Notes: a model not told the origin generated them from the letters alone. A stretch of 64,000 bases of DNA from Stegostoma tigrinum (GCF_030684315.1 NC_081380.1:25293951-25357950), one strand, 5' to 3'; counted from the stretch's first letter, positions 26,752 to 41,572 are shown. Translations and numbers: made by a program.

Positions 26752-29700
26752 GCAGTGTACCATGGGCAACAGAGAGTTCCAGGCTATGTCCAGGTTCTGA
26801 AGGTGCGCTCAGAAAAGCAGCTTGTGCATTATGATGCCCATTCTTGTTCCAAAAGATATTGGGCTAGAATTTCATCTAGTGTCCAATAAATGGCAGAAGT
26901 GGCTTGGGCAGCACTTCTACCCGTGCAAATGACCAGGCGTTGACCACTGCAAATCTTCATTTAACTAAGGGAGCCAAGGATTTGGAAGGCTGCCAGTGTG
27001 GGGGGAGAAGCTTTGCCTTCCAGGAGGGTATATTGGGGAATTCACAGATGGAAATCGTTAGGAGCATCTTCGTAGTTTCCCAATATGCGCTCCCAGTGGG
27101 TGTGTTCCCCCACCGTGAGCATCCGTTCATAACCTCAGCTGAATATCTTTACCAGTGATCGTGGCCTTTAGATAGTTACTGAGCCAGACCTCAGTCACAC
27201 CTATAGCACAGGTGAGTTACTAGTCCTTCCAGCATGTCAAAGACGACTGTGGTTCTCTGTTGCCAATGAGATACTCCAAAAGATCGTTTATACCTGTTCT
27301 ATGTCTAAGCTTGATACATAGAATAACACAATGTAATGTTGGCATAACCTCTGGACAAGAACTGAATATTTATCACTTCTCTCAAAAGCACTCTGGGTCT
27401 TTGCTTTCCAGAACTGTAATGGAAACCTTGTAGACGGATGCCCAGTTTGACATGTGAGTGTTGGCAGGACAGAGAATCCCTGCCTTTACTTTAAGATTTG
27501 TTGCTAAGACTTGGATTGATTAAGATCAAGTGGACTTCACAGCAATTTGTTTCACTCACTTGTTTAAATGGAAAAGCTTCTCCAAGCTTCAAGATCAAAG
27601 TGACGAACAAAAACGGTTCAGGCCATTTTGGCATGGCATAAGGTCAGGTTGTCTGAACAGTCATCTGTAACCCAGTCTCCCATAACCTGTGGTTATACAG
27701 AGCATAGCCCCTGGCACTATTTGTATAATGGAAATGACTCAGCTACCCAATCAGATGAAGATGATGAAGGAAAATGCTCTTGTTCAATTAGATTTGCTTT
27801 GATTAACTTGTTACAGACATGATTAAACTAAATCACTTTCTTTAATCCTGCTAATTTGTAATCATTTAGTCAGAGCTTCTACTTTGCAATCAAGCTAGAT
27901 TTAAAAATTCTTTTCTTCTAAAAACTAAATCCTTGCTGTTGTGAAGTTACCGTTTCTTATGAGGCATCCTTAATAAAGGAAAGGGCCCACAGTCAAGATG
28001 TGAATTCCTCAGTTCTCTGTAGCCTGATCTAAGGGTGCCTGATTTTTTTTTAACTCAGTTTCATAATTTCCAAAATTGACAAGTTTTTTGTTCCCTTTCA
28101 GTACTTTTATCTTTGCAAGGAAAGAATTCATTATTTTACAAACAAAATACCTGAACAAGTTATTCACCAGAACTTGCAGAGCCAAGTGGGATAATTAAAA
28201 AAAATTAAACGGCTAATTCAAAGTGACATAAATAGTGCAGGGCTGGGGTTCTCGTTAATGTTGGAACTGTTAAAAATCAGATGGAAGGGTTTGGGCCTTT
28301 TGTTGTTGGATGTAGTCATTATGTAGCTCTTGTGAGGTACAAGTATTACTAGCCACTTGTTTGTCCAAACCTGAATGTCGCTCTTGTCTAAGGTGGTGTA
28401 AATAACCATTAGAAGGGCAACCGTTGTGCCCTATTGTTATACCCAGGCAACACTGCCCTGAAATTGAAGTCCAATTCCTCAAAGCTACCTTTTGCATGAC
28501 ATTTTTGCATCCATTCCTGAATGAAGGCTGTGATAAGGTGTAGAGTTGAAATGTGCTGGTGGGGCATTCATTGAGTATTGATGAGTAGGTGCTGATTGAC
28601 TTATTTCATTACTTTATTGAGGATTGATAGCTGTTGTAATTAGTTTGTTTAGAATTAGTCAACTGGAATTTCTAGTGGGGTTCTCACAATCCCATGCTGT
28701 AAATTTGCTAAACCTAGAGAAATTGTGTACATAGCTTTTGTTGCCATTCCTATGGTCTTATTATATAACACTTTTCACTGTATTTTAACAGATACATGTG
28801 ACAATCAATCAATTACAACCCCAATAGAGTTCTACTCTACTGGGGTTGTAATTTTTTGCCATTAAGGTCAATCTAGACAATTTTCAATAACACCAGGTAG
28901 TTGACAATGGTAGCAGCTATTCAAGCCATTGGACTAAGGGAGGAACATTTGGTGTCACATTGTCAGTACTGCAAACAAGATGTTATTAGGCCACTTAGCC
29001 TTCAATATGTCCAGTTCATTCAACAAGTTCATAATGTCAGGCAAAGTGAGCATAAGTAGCAAGACAGTGGCATGTATCATAGTGGAGTCATGGGAAAAGG
29101 CTGTCCTTGTGGCATTTTTAGCTGAAGAGACTGGCAAAGAATTTTGTCTTGATCCTTGAATTTAAATTGTAAGGCTTCATCATTGTTAAAACTTGAGATG
29201 TTCATGCAGCCTGCTCTTCCAGTTAGTTGTCTATGCTCTATTCTGCTCCACTGGTGGGTTGGGAGGCTTCATTCGCAGCTTTTAAATGTGAAATCATGTG
29301 TTCTTTCAATGACCTTCTACTTCTGGTGTTTAGCACATGTGTACTGTAGTGTCAGTGCTTGATGCTGCTGCCGCCACACTTTTCTGCTATCCTTGGTGGA
29401 CCAGAGTTGGTTTCCTAGCCTGATGCTGATGGAGAAGCGTAGGTTGTGAGGTTGCAGATTTTGTTTGTACAAAACTTCTTACTGCTGATATCCCATAATG
29501 CCTCACAGATGTCCCATCCTTAGACTGGATAATGGAGGGAACCCTCAGGTGATAAGACTTGATCAGCCTTAAAGGCGATGCAGTGAGAATTCCTACCAGT
29601 GCTGGATAAATGTGTCTGTGACAAGGTGTGTGGGTGAAAAAGATCAGAAATGAATCTGACCACAAGAATTGTGTTACCTTTGATTTTAATCAAAATAGTT

Positions 29701-31436
29701 CAATATTGAAACCAACATATGTCTTCTGCCTTCATCGATCACTCATGCTATGCTTTCCCCTTTCCCACCATAATCTTTCTCATTCTCACTGCGTCACTTT
29801 TGAGGTTGAACCGTTGAATGGTCTTGTTGTCCATTATCGAATCCAGTGGAACCACCTCAAGCAAAAGTGCCTTTTTCCTTCTTTCCAGTCAAATCATCTT
29901 ACTTCATCAAAATTATCATCAAAGATGATCCTGGATCCCTCAAAAGAAAACTTTTTTCCTCAATCTCCTTTTGTTCTTTCTGGCTTTGCCTCCGAATCTG
30001 CGGTACCCATTGTGATATGATTAAGGACATGCAGTTTGTCGCCTTTGGCCCTTTCTACTTCTGGTGCATGAGCCTTGATACCTTAACCACATATCATACC
30101 ACAGCTTCTTCCCCAGTTTCTGCTGTGCTCATTTGTTGCTAAATATGCTCTTCCTACTGCAGTCAATACACAATGATAAAAAAAACCTTGTATTTCATGG
30201 TGTTTGTTGATTTAGATCCCTTTGCACAACAGTCCTTCTTAACCCTGCCTTCTCCCCTTCCCTAAAAGTCCATCCTTAACACCTTTATTCTCTCCAGATT
30301 TACAAAATCCCTTTCTCTTCTCAAGGATCTTGAAAACGTAAGTATTACTGATCTACACTTGCATTGCCACTATTTCAGGTTTCAAATACTTTAATTAGAT
30401 GTCTACTCCTTCCATAGCATCAAATCTATGTCCAGAATCATCAGTTGCATTGGATATATATGTAGGATGAACTTTCTCCCCTTGATCTGTACCTGCCCGA
30501 TTTGAAATGGTTGATTGCTGCTTGAAACTAACGTATTCCCACCTATCCCAGCAATGTCAGTATATTTCTGGTGGTGACCTTTCTTCCCACATCTGTGTTA
30601 ATATCTTTGATCAGCTAAGCTTTCACCCTTGATTCCTGTTTTCCATGATGGCCTTTAGTGATCTTGTCCATAAGCACCAAATCAGCTTCCAGTATATGCT
30701 GCTGATGCCAAGCTCCACTTCATTTCCAGGACCAGTGCTATTCTATGTATATTTTTTGTTTGGGTATAGCTGTGCTGGAACATTTCCCTACTTAAATGGC
30801 AAGACTGAAACTGTTCCAATAATCTTCCAACAAAAAGTCACATCCTTAAGACACACCTTCCCAGCTTCAACAGTTTTCAGAGTGAACATTCAGATGAAGA
30901 TTCAGATCCTAATATCCCAACCATCATAATGACCTTCACTGCTACTACTGCAACATCATCTAACTGTACCTGAACCTAATCTCCACTGTCACTGAAATGA
31001 TTATGGCTTCAAAACTTTCATACTGTTAATACCCTTAAAAACATTATTTTAGACAGGAAACCACCATCAAGATTGCTTCTAAAACTGCCCTCTTGCAAAT
31101 TAGTTCCAGCTATTTTGGTCTTGCTGAAAGTGCATTGTAAAGTAGCCAGACAATCCAAGACTATTGATTTCTACTTTCCATACATGAAGATGTTTACAAA
31201 TTCTCCCACATGCATCCTGTCCCACTCATTTTGCTTATTTTGAATAATATCCATTGCTCCATTGTCAATGCATTGCATTCAGACTTCATTCTGGCACCTT
31301 TCATGGTCCTTTATCTACATTCCTGCAGACCAATATCCCGAATTATGCTGCTGTATCTTCCAAAATTAGCCTCTTGCATATTCTGCCTTCCTTTGTCCTT
31401 TGCTGGACCTCACCATATATGCCTTGGTCCCAACCT

Positions 31437-31765
31437 TAGTACTGCTGCCTCACAGTGCCAGGCAACCAGGTTTGATTCTAGCCTCGGACGACTGTCTGGT
31501 TGGAGTTTGCACATTCTTCCTCTGTCTGTGTGGGTTTCCTTCAGGTACTCCAGTTTCTTCTCACAGTCCAAAGATGTGCAGTCCAGGTGAATTCGCAATG
31601 CTAATTTGCCCATAGTGTCCAAGGATATGTAGGCTAGATAGATTAGTCATGGGAAATGATTGGTTACAGGGATAGGGTTGGGGGTGGGATGCTCTTCAGA
31701 GAGACAGTGTGGACTTGATGGGCCAAATCGCCTGTGTCTAAACTACAGGCATTCTGTGATTCTAC
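31437..31765 (+). mobile_element. V-SINE (HE1-like), 5'-truncated
   Basis: gtgggtttccttcaggtactccagtttcttctcacagtccaaagatgtgcag V-domain. Confidence 0.75.
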
Positions 31766-33984
31766 CTTGCTAACTTTCAAAGTCTTTCTATGTGACAATA
31801 TTTTTCATTTCTGCTCTTACCATCCCATTAACTGTTGCCACACATTTCTAATGTTTTCTCTATTAAAGGTGCTGTTTAATTTGTTTAGTTAAGATCAATT
31901 GATAGCCTTCTTTCTAGGTTCCACTGGTGGTTTGTTATAACCCGAACCAAGCTGTCCAAAAGTAGCCTTCACTGTTCCGACTTATAACATTCCCATCTTG
32001 GGCCGAAATATATCCTAACCTTTTTCCTGTGTGGCAGGTGTTTGCTTACATTGCTCATATACAAGTAGCGTTGTGCCAAAGGAACTTTGAGGTAAGTTGC
32101 AGTTTCAGAACATGTCCATTGGTCCTATTGCCTCTACTGTAATTTATGGCACAATGACCATTTCAACTTGGTGAATGAATCAGGCAGAACTGCAGTTACT
32201 GTGCATTCCCTATGAAGAATCCAAATCATTGTTTTGTTTAGTTTGTCTATATTTGTACAATGTAAATGTGAATAACGGCAAGAGGATACTCACTAAGTCA
32301 ACTGCAATCTCTAAAAGAAAGTTATCAGATATTGCAAAGAAAGACAATTTCCAAATCATCAGTTGTACATATTGCATGCACACAAGATTCTTTAGCTGAT
32401 TCTATATGGAATAAGCAAATATAACCAAACAGAAATTGTCAGGGTGGGATGGTTGCATTGACCCCAATCTCCCTGCTCCCACCCTTTCCAAATCCCAAAC
32501 TAACCGATTCCCAACTGTTTATTTGCCTAGAAGTTTCAATTTATATCATGACTCAGCCGTAAATTTGAGGGTCTTCGGTACTGAGAGTTTGGAAAATAAT
32601 CAGCATTTCAAACCTTCAGCAAAAGTAGCTGATGAGCTGCTGACCACTTGCCAGCCCAAAAGAGAGTTTGTGACAAGTTAACTGCAAATGACAATAACTT
32701 CATAAGCCAGAGCTGCACTTACTTACTGAGGGAGCCTTGATTTTTGGCTCATTCAATCAGCCACGCAGATTAACAGAACAAAATTGGAGGAATGAGAAGG
32801 ATGCCGAAGACTCTCATTTAACTCCTGTATAGATTGATGTGTGACTTTTACACATCTACAATGAGTATTGTGAAGGACTTCTTTCTGAAGAATAGATATA
32901 TTGATATTTGTTATTTCACTTGCGTGTATTTGACCTGGTCACAATAGTATAATTGTTCACAAATGTTTAAAGATAATTGTCTGATTGTTTCACTATATTA
33001 AAAGACTGCAGTGTTTCATGTAGTTGCATATCTGCTTGACCAAAGTATCTCATCCCTTACAAAGTGCAATGTGTTGAGTATTTAATAATTTATTTTTGTA
33101 TAGAGTACATGGTGTAAAACTGTAAAACTGTGTTTTGCTTGTGTTCCTTTGTGATATGACAGACCGATGCTGTATTTTGTGTATCAGGTGGTCTAGATTT
33201 TTATGTGTACAGTTTTGCATTGCGTGTACTCGAGATGAAAAGTTGACTGTACGGTGCTAGTACAGTTTCTAAGAGAATGGTTTTATTTGTTTAACTGATT
33301 TGAACACGTTTATTAAAGTTATAACGTGGTTTTTGTACAGAAACTGCATGGAATATGGTTTCTTAGTCCTTGGCAAGTTAGGAATTAAAGACTGGGGCTT
33401 TTTTGGGAGTCAGGAGAAAAGTAATAAATATGACCAGTAAAATGGAGAATTGGCATTAGTAATGTAAAATTGAAAGGTTAAATCTTGAACATTGTTTAGC
33501 CACTTTGACACCTGACAGCAATAGTATCAGCAGCTCACTCAACATCATTTGGTACAATTGATGGTATAAATCAAATTTGGAGACTTGGAATTCCATAATA
33601 GGATAACAGGACTTCTCAACAATAGTAAATGTTCCCAGCACAATTATTTCCTGGATACATTTTTTTGTACAGCCTTACATTGAATTTTAAGGTGGGGGGG
33701 TGCGGGGCAGTGAGTTGCCTGTATTCTGTACACCTCTTAAGTAACACAGCTAAAAATCTGCATTCCCAATCTTTCAGTCTCTCTTCTGACCAAATTCTAA
33801 CTTTTTAGTTCTATGGATAGTGACTAAATATCGTTAATTAGTCATTTCTTAAGTGGCAGGTGGTAATTATAGACAGACATCCTTTTTCAGTGGATTGACA
33901 GCGTATTCTAATAGATAGTCTGCATATTCTTAAATCCATCCTTTGCTTGTTTCTGATGTGGAAGTGCCAGTGTTGGACTGGGAT

Positions 33985-34147
33985 GGACAAGCTCAGAAGT
34001 GACGCCAAACCAGGTTATAGACCAAGAGGTTTATTTGAAATCACAAGCTTTTGAAGCACTGCTCCTTTTGCGAAGGGCTATCCTTCTGTGAAGGAGCAGT
34101 GCTGATAGCTTGTGATTTCAATTATACCTCTTGGATTGGAACCTGGA
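33985..34147. repeat. Degenerate inverted-repeat mini-element
   Basis: tgaaatcacaagct...agcactgctcctt / aaggagcagtgct...agcttgtgatttca inverted arms. Confidence 0.65.
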
Positions 34148-37100
34148 GTCATGTGACTTCTGACCTTGATTGTTCCTGAATGTGACTCCAGCAAACGTAA
34201 CTCACATTGATTTTCAGAATGGTCATTTGCTTACTACTCATTCAAGGCTGTAAGAAATGAGCCAGTATTTGAATCAGGGAGCACAAAAGCAGAACCTTGA
34301 GGACTTGTATACTACTGGGCCAAAGAGACTGGTTTGGGTTGGGAATGTGATTTCCTTATAGGCAGGTTTTGCTGAGGATCTTTCCTGTAGCAACATAATA
34401 AACATTCCATTTGTGGGCTCCCCAAAAATTGGGGAGTAAAGGATGGCTATTCTGTTCAGTCAATCAAATCAAAAAATTTTAATTGCTAGAGCTATGTTAC
34501 AGATTACAGCGATTGTACAGATTACACAACAGCATTTCGATCTTGCAGTTGTAACTACTGCAGGAATGAATAGGAGTCTGTGAAGGCTTTTGCAGATTCC
34601 TCACTCTTTCCTGGACGTTCTGCTGTTGGATCTTCAGGATTGCTGTGAGAGTGAACTCTCGCAAAGCCAAGAGGAAGAGAACAACTCCTTCACTCAAACA
34701 AACATGGATGTAAGTAGTCATCAGCAGCAGGAACCTGTTAGTAGTCTGTCACTAGACAGGACGCAAGATGATTCAGGAGCTCGGGAGGGAATGACAGGCA
34801 AATACTACAACGTGCTCAGGAAACAAGGCCCATTCTCAACCTGTCCAGCATTTTCCTGTACTGCAGCCCTCGGGACTTCAACATGTGCAGTCCATCCCTC
34901 TCCTGGCACCATCTGAACAACGATCGCTCAGACACCCCAAATGTCCACTTACAGTTAAACAGCCTCTCCATAAAAGTAATTTAGGGTACCTTCCTGCTTT
35001 TTGACTTGGGGAAGAGGGTGCTCAAATTGTCAAGAGACATAGGATGCAACAGGTAGCTTGTTAGCTGCTGCCATATACTATACTATATTGCGAAGGCCTT
35101 GTTTAAGCAGGCTGCAGTCATCAGCAGTGACTCATATGAATACCTGTGCCTCAGGAAATGTAGAGGCAACTCATCTGCTGCTTGTAATAGTGTTGAGGGG
35201 TTCGTTCACCTCCCACTGTCCTTTGGAGTGTAGTTGCACAGGCAGATCATGCTGCTGCTGGGAACGACCTTGCTCCTCCTGCCTGTTTTTGGAGAATGAA
35301 CAATGCAGCTGTAGGAGCTGCTTTCATGTTGAGCTGAAGGCTGGCAGCAGGAAAGTGCAATTTACGACGAGTGAAGTGTTAGGCAGTTGAACTGCTTTCA
35401 AGAATTTAGGATTTCGTATAGGCACAGATGAGTTGGACCAAAGGGTCTGCTTCCATGCTGTACATCTCTATGACTAAGTTGATAAAGCATCCTGAGAGAA
35501 AAACTATGAACAGCAGTGTCTCATCTGGCCATGCCTAGAGTGCTTCATGTGTAATTGATCAAAGGGTTCCTAGCTTGTTAGTTTTACTTGAGCTGTCCCC
35601 ACTGTGCATTCCCCTCAGCAACTATGATAAGCTGCTGTTTGGAAAGGAGGGTCAAAAAAAAGAGTCCAGATATATTTGTTCTCCATTGGATCCATTACTT
35701 TCTGCCAGATATAGAGGATTGCTTGCTAGATTCTGGACCTGCATGGTGGGGTGGGGAAGGAAAGAGAAAATGAAAGCAGGTGGGATGATCATCAATCCAA
35801 CATGAAAATGCAGGAGACTTAACTTAGCCCAGCTGGGAAGCTGGCCAAAGCTTCCAATCACATTATTGGTATTAAAGAACAGGCTAAAAGTGTCTGTAGC
35901 TGTAAGTTACAAATCCACAACTTCAAGTTCCTGGTTTATTAATGCAAGCTATTTGTTTAAATATGCATTATAATTATAAGCTATCATGGCAGGGCATAAT
36001 CAATGTGATTTATTGTGCAAAATTATGATAGCAACACATTAATTTATAATGACTCAGATTAACCACAATACAAGTGATAGACAGACATCTTCAGTGCAGT
36101 ACTCTGGCACTTGCCTCACAAAAGCAAATAATTGCCTATGCTTATAATTCTACTGTTGGATTCCCATACTCAATGAAGGGAAGAAACTCAATCTGTGGAG
36201 TACCTTCCTGTGGGAGTGTGGTGTGGAATTGGTGGAAGGTGTCTTAATTTTTCCTACCAGGACAGAAAGCAAGTCAGTCAATCTTCAACCTTTATTTGAA
36301 AGGCAAATAGCAAATATTCTATTCTTTAAACATGTAACCAACTTTGTGGCTGGTCAAAATATTAAGGACACAAAGTTGACCTCTGCGTGAACAATCCCTT
36401 CCTGTGCTGTGTTAACATTCCAGTCAATTAAAGAAACATCAGTCATGAGATCTCATGCTTTATCCAAAAAATGCTGCAGGACACAAGCTTTGTTACAGAT
36501 ATGAATGTTTAATCAAATATGATTATATTTTGAAAAGTTACAAGACGTTTTCAAATAAACATTGCTTTCACAGTGAATACACTTACATGTGAAACATCTG
36601 GAAATCCTCTGCATTGAAGTGAAGTCAATTGAACTCATTTTTACATTATAATCTACTTTCATTTCATTACATGGTTATGATTTTCAATTTGGAGCAGAGC
36701 TTACAAAAATTATCCATGTCAGTTATGACAATGCATTTTTCAGCATTAGATCATAAACCTCATGCAGTTGTCAAAGTCATTTGTAATTCCCAAAATGACC
36801 AATATGCTGAAAACTAATCCTTTATTATGCCATGAGAATACATGAGATTCTTTTTGTAAATCTAAAAGAAATGCAGATAATCTTGCACTCTATCCTGTGA
36901 TCGGAAGATTCTAAAACTGTAAAAATGTTTTGGTTACAAATATAAAAGATCAAATTTCATGCCAGATGCACAATTGCAGAATACAACAATGTTGTATGTT
37001 AAAAAAAGCTTAGCTAAAATGCTATTAGAGCTCCTAAAACATATGGCTTAAGGTAACTTATAATAACTGCACCATAACGCCAAAGAGCTTACGTCAATTA

Positions 37101-38616
37101 AAAAAAATTGATATTAAATTCCTTCATAATGAATTGACACATATAAAAACGAAGTGTCACACAACTTCTGAGTGTAAGTGGCTTACCCAGCACTAAATTT
37201 CAAAATACATCAAAAATCAAATCTGCAGTGTGACTGAGGAAATGAAAATTTACATGAAAACTGGCAGAGGACCAAAGATATGAGCTTCTGGAATTTGTTG
37301 CATTCCATTACCCCTATTTTTCAATCCAGTACAAGTCACATGGCAAGAAATCACATGCAATTCTTGTTCTCTACCCAAGTCTTTCAAAAAAAAAATCTAA
37401 CCTCTCCTACAAAAAAGCCCTTTGAGACGACTGTATATTTCAACCAGAGAAATGTCTATTGACTAATCATTTTTTGCACAGTAATTTGACTGAAAAAGAG
37501 AACATTAGCTACAAAAATAAAGTTTAAATTGGAAAATGTCAATGTACAGGAACAGAGTAGTATACGAATTAGTCAATTCCAGACTTTAGGTTCAACAACA
37601 CAAATATACACTCACTCTTAACACAGTACCTATTCTCAGCACTTGGCCAATCACATGCAGCATCTTACTGGTTTAAACTATAAATTTATGCCAATTTAAT
37701 AAACATGCTAAAATACAAATAAAATGGCATTTATTTGGTTAAAGGAATTTGTGTTGCTTGATCAAGTGGTATCGATCAAGCAACACAATGTAAAAAGAAA
37801 TAAAATTCTAAACATTCTTTGCTAACACTTAATTGGTAAATTCTCCGGTCTGTAATTTTAATAATCCCATTTTAAATTATGCTTTATAATTTAAAAAAAT
37901 TCAGAGTCCCTGCCAAAAACAAAGTTGTTCCATTCATGCAGTGATCAATTTTTAAAGTCTGTTAATCATAAGTAACCTTTTGAAACTCAAACTGCTACAA
38001 AACAAATTCACAATCATTTTCATGCACGAAGCTTTGATGTTTTAAAATAGTTTAGCAACTGAGAAACAACATTTACACAATATTGTGTTTAGAAATTAAA
38101 TTAATAAAAAAGGGACAACTAGATCTCTAGAAAACATTTAATCATCCCCTTTACACTAACTGCCCCTAGAACAGAAGTATGCTGGTTTATAAACCACTGT
38201 GTACACCACTGGTTAATTCCAACAGCATTTTCTCAAAACTTTTCATCCTAAAATTGTGAGTAGTTTTAATTTAGTTGAATAGAATCCCAAACCAGGAGCA
38301 GATAATACTTCACCTATAATGATTATGAATGGCGAACAAACTAATTTTGCTCAAGTACTGGAGAACAAATGCCTTACCCTGCAGTAAAATTCAAAGTACT
38401 TGCAGGTGAGACCAAAAGTAGCCAGTCGTCATGAGATAATCATAATTATGAAATTACTGTAGGTGTCCATATAATTCTACAAATTGTATTCATGTTTAGA
38501 ATAATAGAACAAAACAAAAAAAAATACAAAGCAGACAAAACCAGTGAGGCAAAAAACAGCATTTGGTAACACACTAGGCAGATTGCCAAGTGAAAGCCAG
38601 AGAAGACAATCTTTGT

Positions 38617-38800
38617 TCAGTTCAAGCCTTTTCTCTGCTCTGCAATGCTTGACAAAGCCTCATCTGCCCAGCTGTTTATGGTTGAGCGAAGCTTTTTTGC
38701 TTTTATTCTAATGGATGAAGCCAACATTTTTTGAGCCTGAATCTTAGACAGATGCATGTTTTCTGACATGATATAACGATAATTTTCAATTGCCAGTTTC
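38617..38800 (-). CDS. PIMREG: PIMREG terminal coding exon (KLAIENYRYIMSENMHLSK...EQRKGLN*)
   Basis: ttgttcttttccag| acceptor, 184 nt to stop, phase compatible; spliced CDS 258+293+96+184=831 nt, 276 aa. Confidence 0.75.
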
Positions 38801-41340
38801 CTGGAAAAGAACAAGGGAAATAATTTAGTTGGGAGTGGCGGAGGAATTGAGACTCTTCTGAACAATGCAAACGTGATCAAGTTGAAGCACAGTACAATGT
38901 GTCATCAACAGCCTGCCTCTTGGTGAGGGTGGTTAGAATTAGTAGTGTAAGCATTTTAAAACAAACATGCACAAGTTATTTTAATAAACCATTAACACTG
39001 GATCTAAGTGTATCAGGCATATTGAAGCCAAAAAAAAAGTGAGCTTTTTAAAAAGAAGCTGCTGACTGAGAAGCACAACATGTAAACATTCATAGCTGCA
39101 AAAGAAGACTGATGCAGTGAACCAGCTCAGCAAAATTACAGCTTTCTATAATGCTGTAATTAAAGGCTGTCTGCTTAGAACAGTGAACATTCCAAGAAGG
39201 CTGCAATTGTTAAAAATGATTTAAAATCAATCATATTAAACAGAAACTGGATCATTTTGTAAGTGGGATACTGAATCACTGGTGATGCAACAACTAACTT
39301 CAAATGGTTTTAGAACTAAAAATGGATTCCAAGGAGGAAATTTCAGTGAGATATTTAATCAATGATGCTTTGACATTTAATGTTCCATACAACTATTGTG
39401 GTCACCCTATTCAATATCCCAACTGCATGAATGTCTGACACCATGTAGACCATCTAGCCAATGTCCTCTTAAATAATATGTATTGGCTTCTAACATGCAA
39501 ACTTTACCTCACTTGCATTTTCTTCAGTCATCAGTTAGAGAAAGAGTCATGTCACTGACAATGAATAAAAGATTGATAATGAATTAGAAGCTTGCATACA
39601 GTTTACTTCCTTAAACTGAATATGAAGTATCCACTAAAAAGAGAGATTACGGTTTGGGTGTTCACCTCAGAACAACATGGCACTTCAACAATCCCCAGGT
39701 AGCAGTTGTATGCAAAAACTGATTTCTGAAATGGTGAGTGAAACAACCTTCCCGTATCTTTCACAAAGTACTAGCAATTGCAGTAAACAAACAAAAGCTG
39801 TTCTTAATATTAAGGCAAAAACGTTGGTAGCTTCAGGTCACAAGCTGTTAGGAGTTCTGCATCTCCACAGTACACAGAACTGAACACAAATCAAAAGGCC
39901 CACAGATATCAGTGCCAGAATGGAGTGTGCCACATAAGAGAGGAACAATAATGTCTAAGCTAGACGCTTAGATAGATTTTCCTGATTCCACAGTGGAGAC
40001 GTTATGTTGTTCTGGAAAACTGTTCTAAAGATAATGCAGAGCAGCTAACCAGACAAAAGGTTTGCAAGATTATGAAAGGGTTAATTTCGGGATGTTTCCA
40101 TTTACAAACACGTTCATAAAGTAGGAGTCAATATTCTCATTAGAATACAGTCAAAGTCAATAAGAAATTTATGAGAAACTACCCTATCTAGATTAGTTAG
40201 AGGATAGAACTTGCTACCACCAGGGACAGTGGAGGTGAATCGCATGAATGAACTTGGGAAAGCTGGTTAACCATGCATGAGTGAGAAAGGGAGACAAGGA
40301 ATCAGAAGTTACAGCACATTTGGGAAGAGACTCATGTAGAGCATAAACACCTGCCTACACCAGATGTGAAGAATGACCTTTTTCTGTGCGGTGTATTCTA
40401 TGGGACTGTGACTGTTGGCATGGTTTATAAATCTAACAGAATAGGACTGTCACGTTTATTGTTGAACCTCAGTCTTCAAACCTCACAAACAACAAGTAGA
40501 ACAAAGTAGGGGCCACAATTACACTGAAGACACTATTATATTAAATGGAACAGGCCCAAGAAGCTGAATGGCTGATCCACACCTCTTATTAGGATGAAGA
40601 TTCTGTCTCATGCAAGATATGATCCGCTTGTGAAAACAGCCTGAATGTTGCCTTTTCCTGCTAACTCTGGCAGCTCCAATTGCTCAGGTCCAACTTCACA
40701 GCAGTCCTTTGATCATTCCACAGCAACTCAAAACATGTTAAGATATAGTATACAGCTTCAATTCTTGTACCAGTCTTGGTGCAAGGTAGTGCCATTTGCT
40801 TTTGACGTGCTGTGTGAAGCACAGAAATGTTTTAACATGTAAAAGCACCAGATAAATGTATATGTAAACATGTTGCGTGCGATCATTTACCACACAACAT
40901 TTGGGATTTAATGGACACTAACAGCAGGGTGACTTTCCTAATTGTCACTGATTAATATACAAATAAAGGTGTCTCTACAAACAAATAAACAAATCTGTAA
41001 ATCATGAATGAATTTTAAGGATCAAGATCAGTCAATGATGAACAAGACACTAAGGGAGAGATGACATGGTCTGCTGGCACTTGCAAGCAGGATTTTACCT
41101 ATTGTAGAGAGGACTCAAGTGATAATCTTAAAAAAAAAAGTTAAGAACTAGCAGCAACTTAACATCATTCATAAAAACAATTGAATTGTTTCAATGGGAC
41201 TGTTTAATAATTCGTTTCCTGTTATAGATTACAAACTGAAAAGATGTTCAAAGTGGGAATTCAGAAGAAGCCAAATCTGAAACACAGATCACTGGCCAAA
41301 TGCATGACAGATGTAGTGCAAACACTGAAACTCTGACAAT

Positions 41341-41572
41341 GAGACAGTAGGACCTGCAGATACTGGAGGATCTGAGATGACGAGGAGGTGTAGAGCTGGA
41401 TGAACACAGCAGGCCAAGCAGCATCAGAGGAGCAGGAAAGCTGATGTTTTGGGCCCCGACCCTTCTTCAGAAATCACAATTCAGAAATTTCTGAAGGAGG
41501 GCCTAGGCTTTCCTGCTCCTCTGATGCTGCTTGGTCTGCTGTGTTCATCCAGCTCTACACCTTGGTATCTCA
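41341..41572. mobile_element. Palindromic non-autonomous PLE derivative with 14-bp TSD
   Basis: Two inverted copies of the PLE terminal segment; GAAACTCTGACAAT at 41327-40 and 41573-86. Confidence 0.85.
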
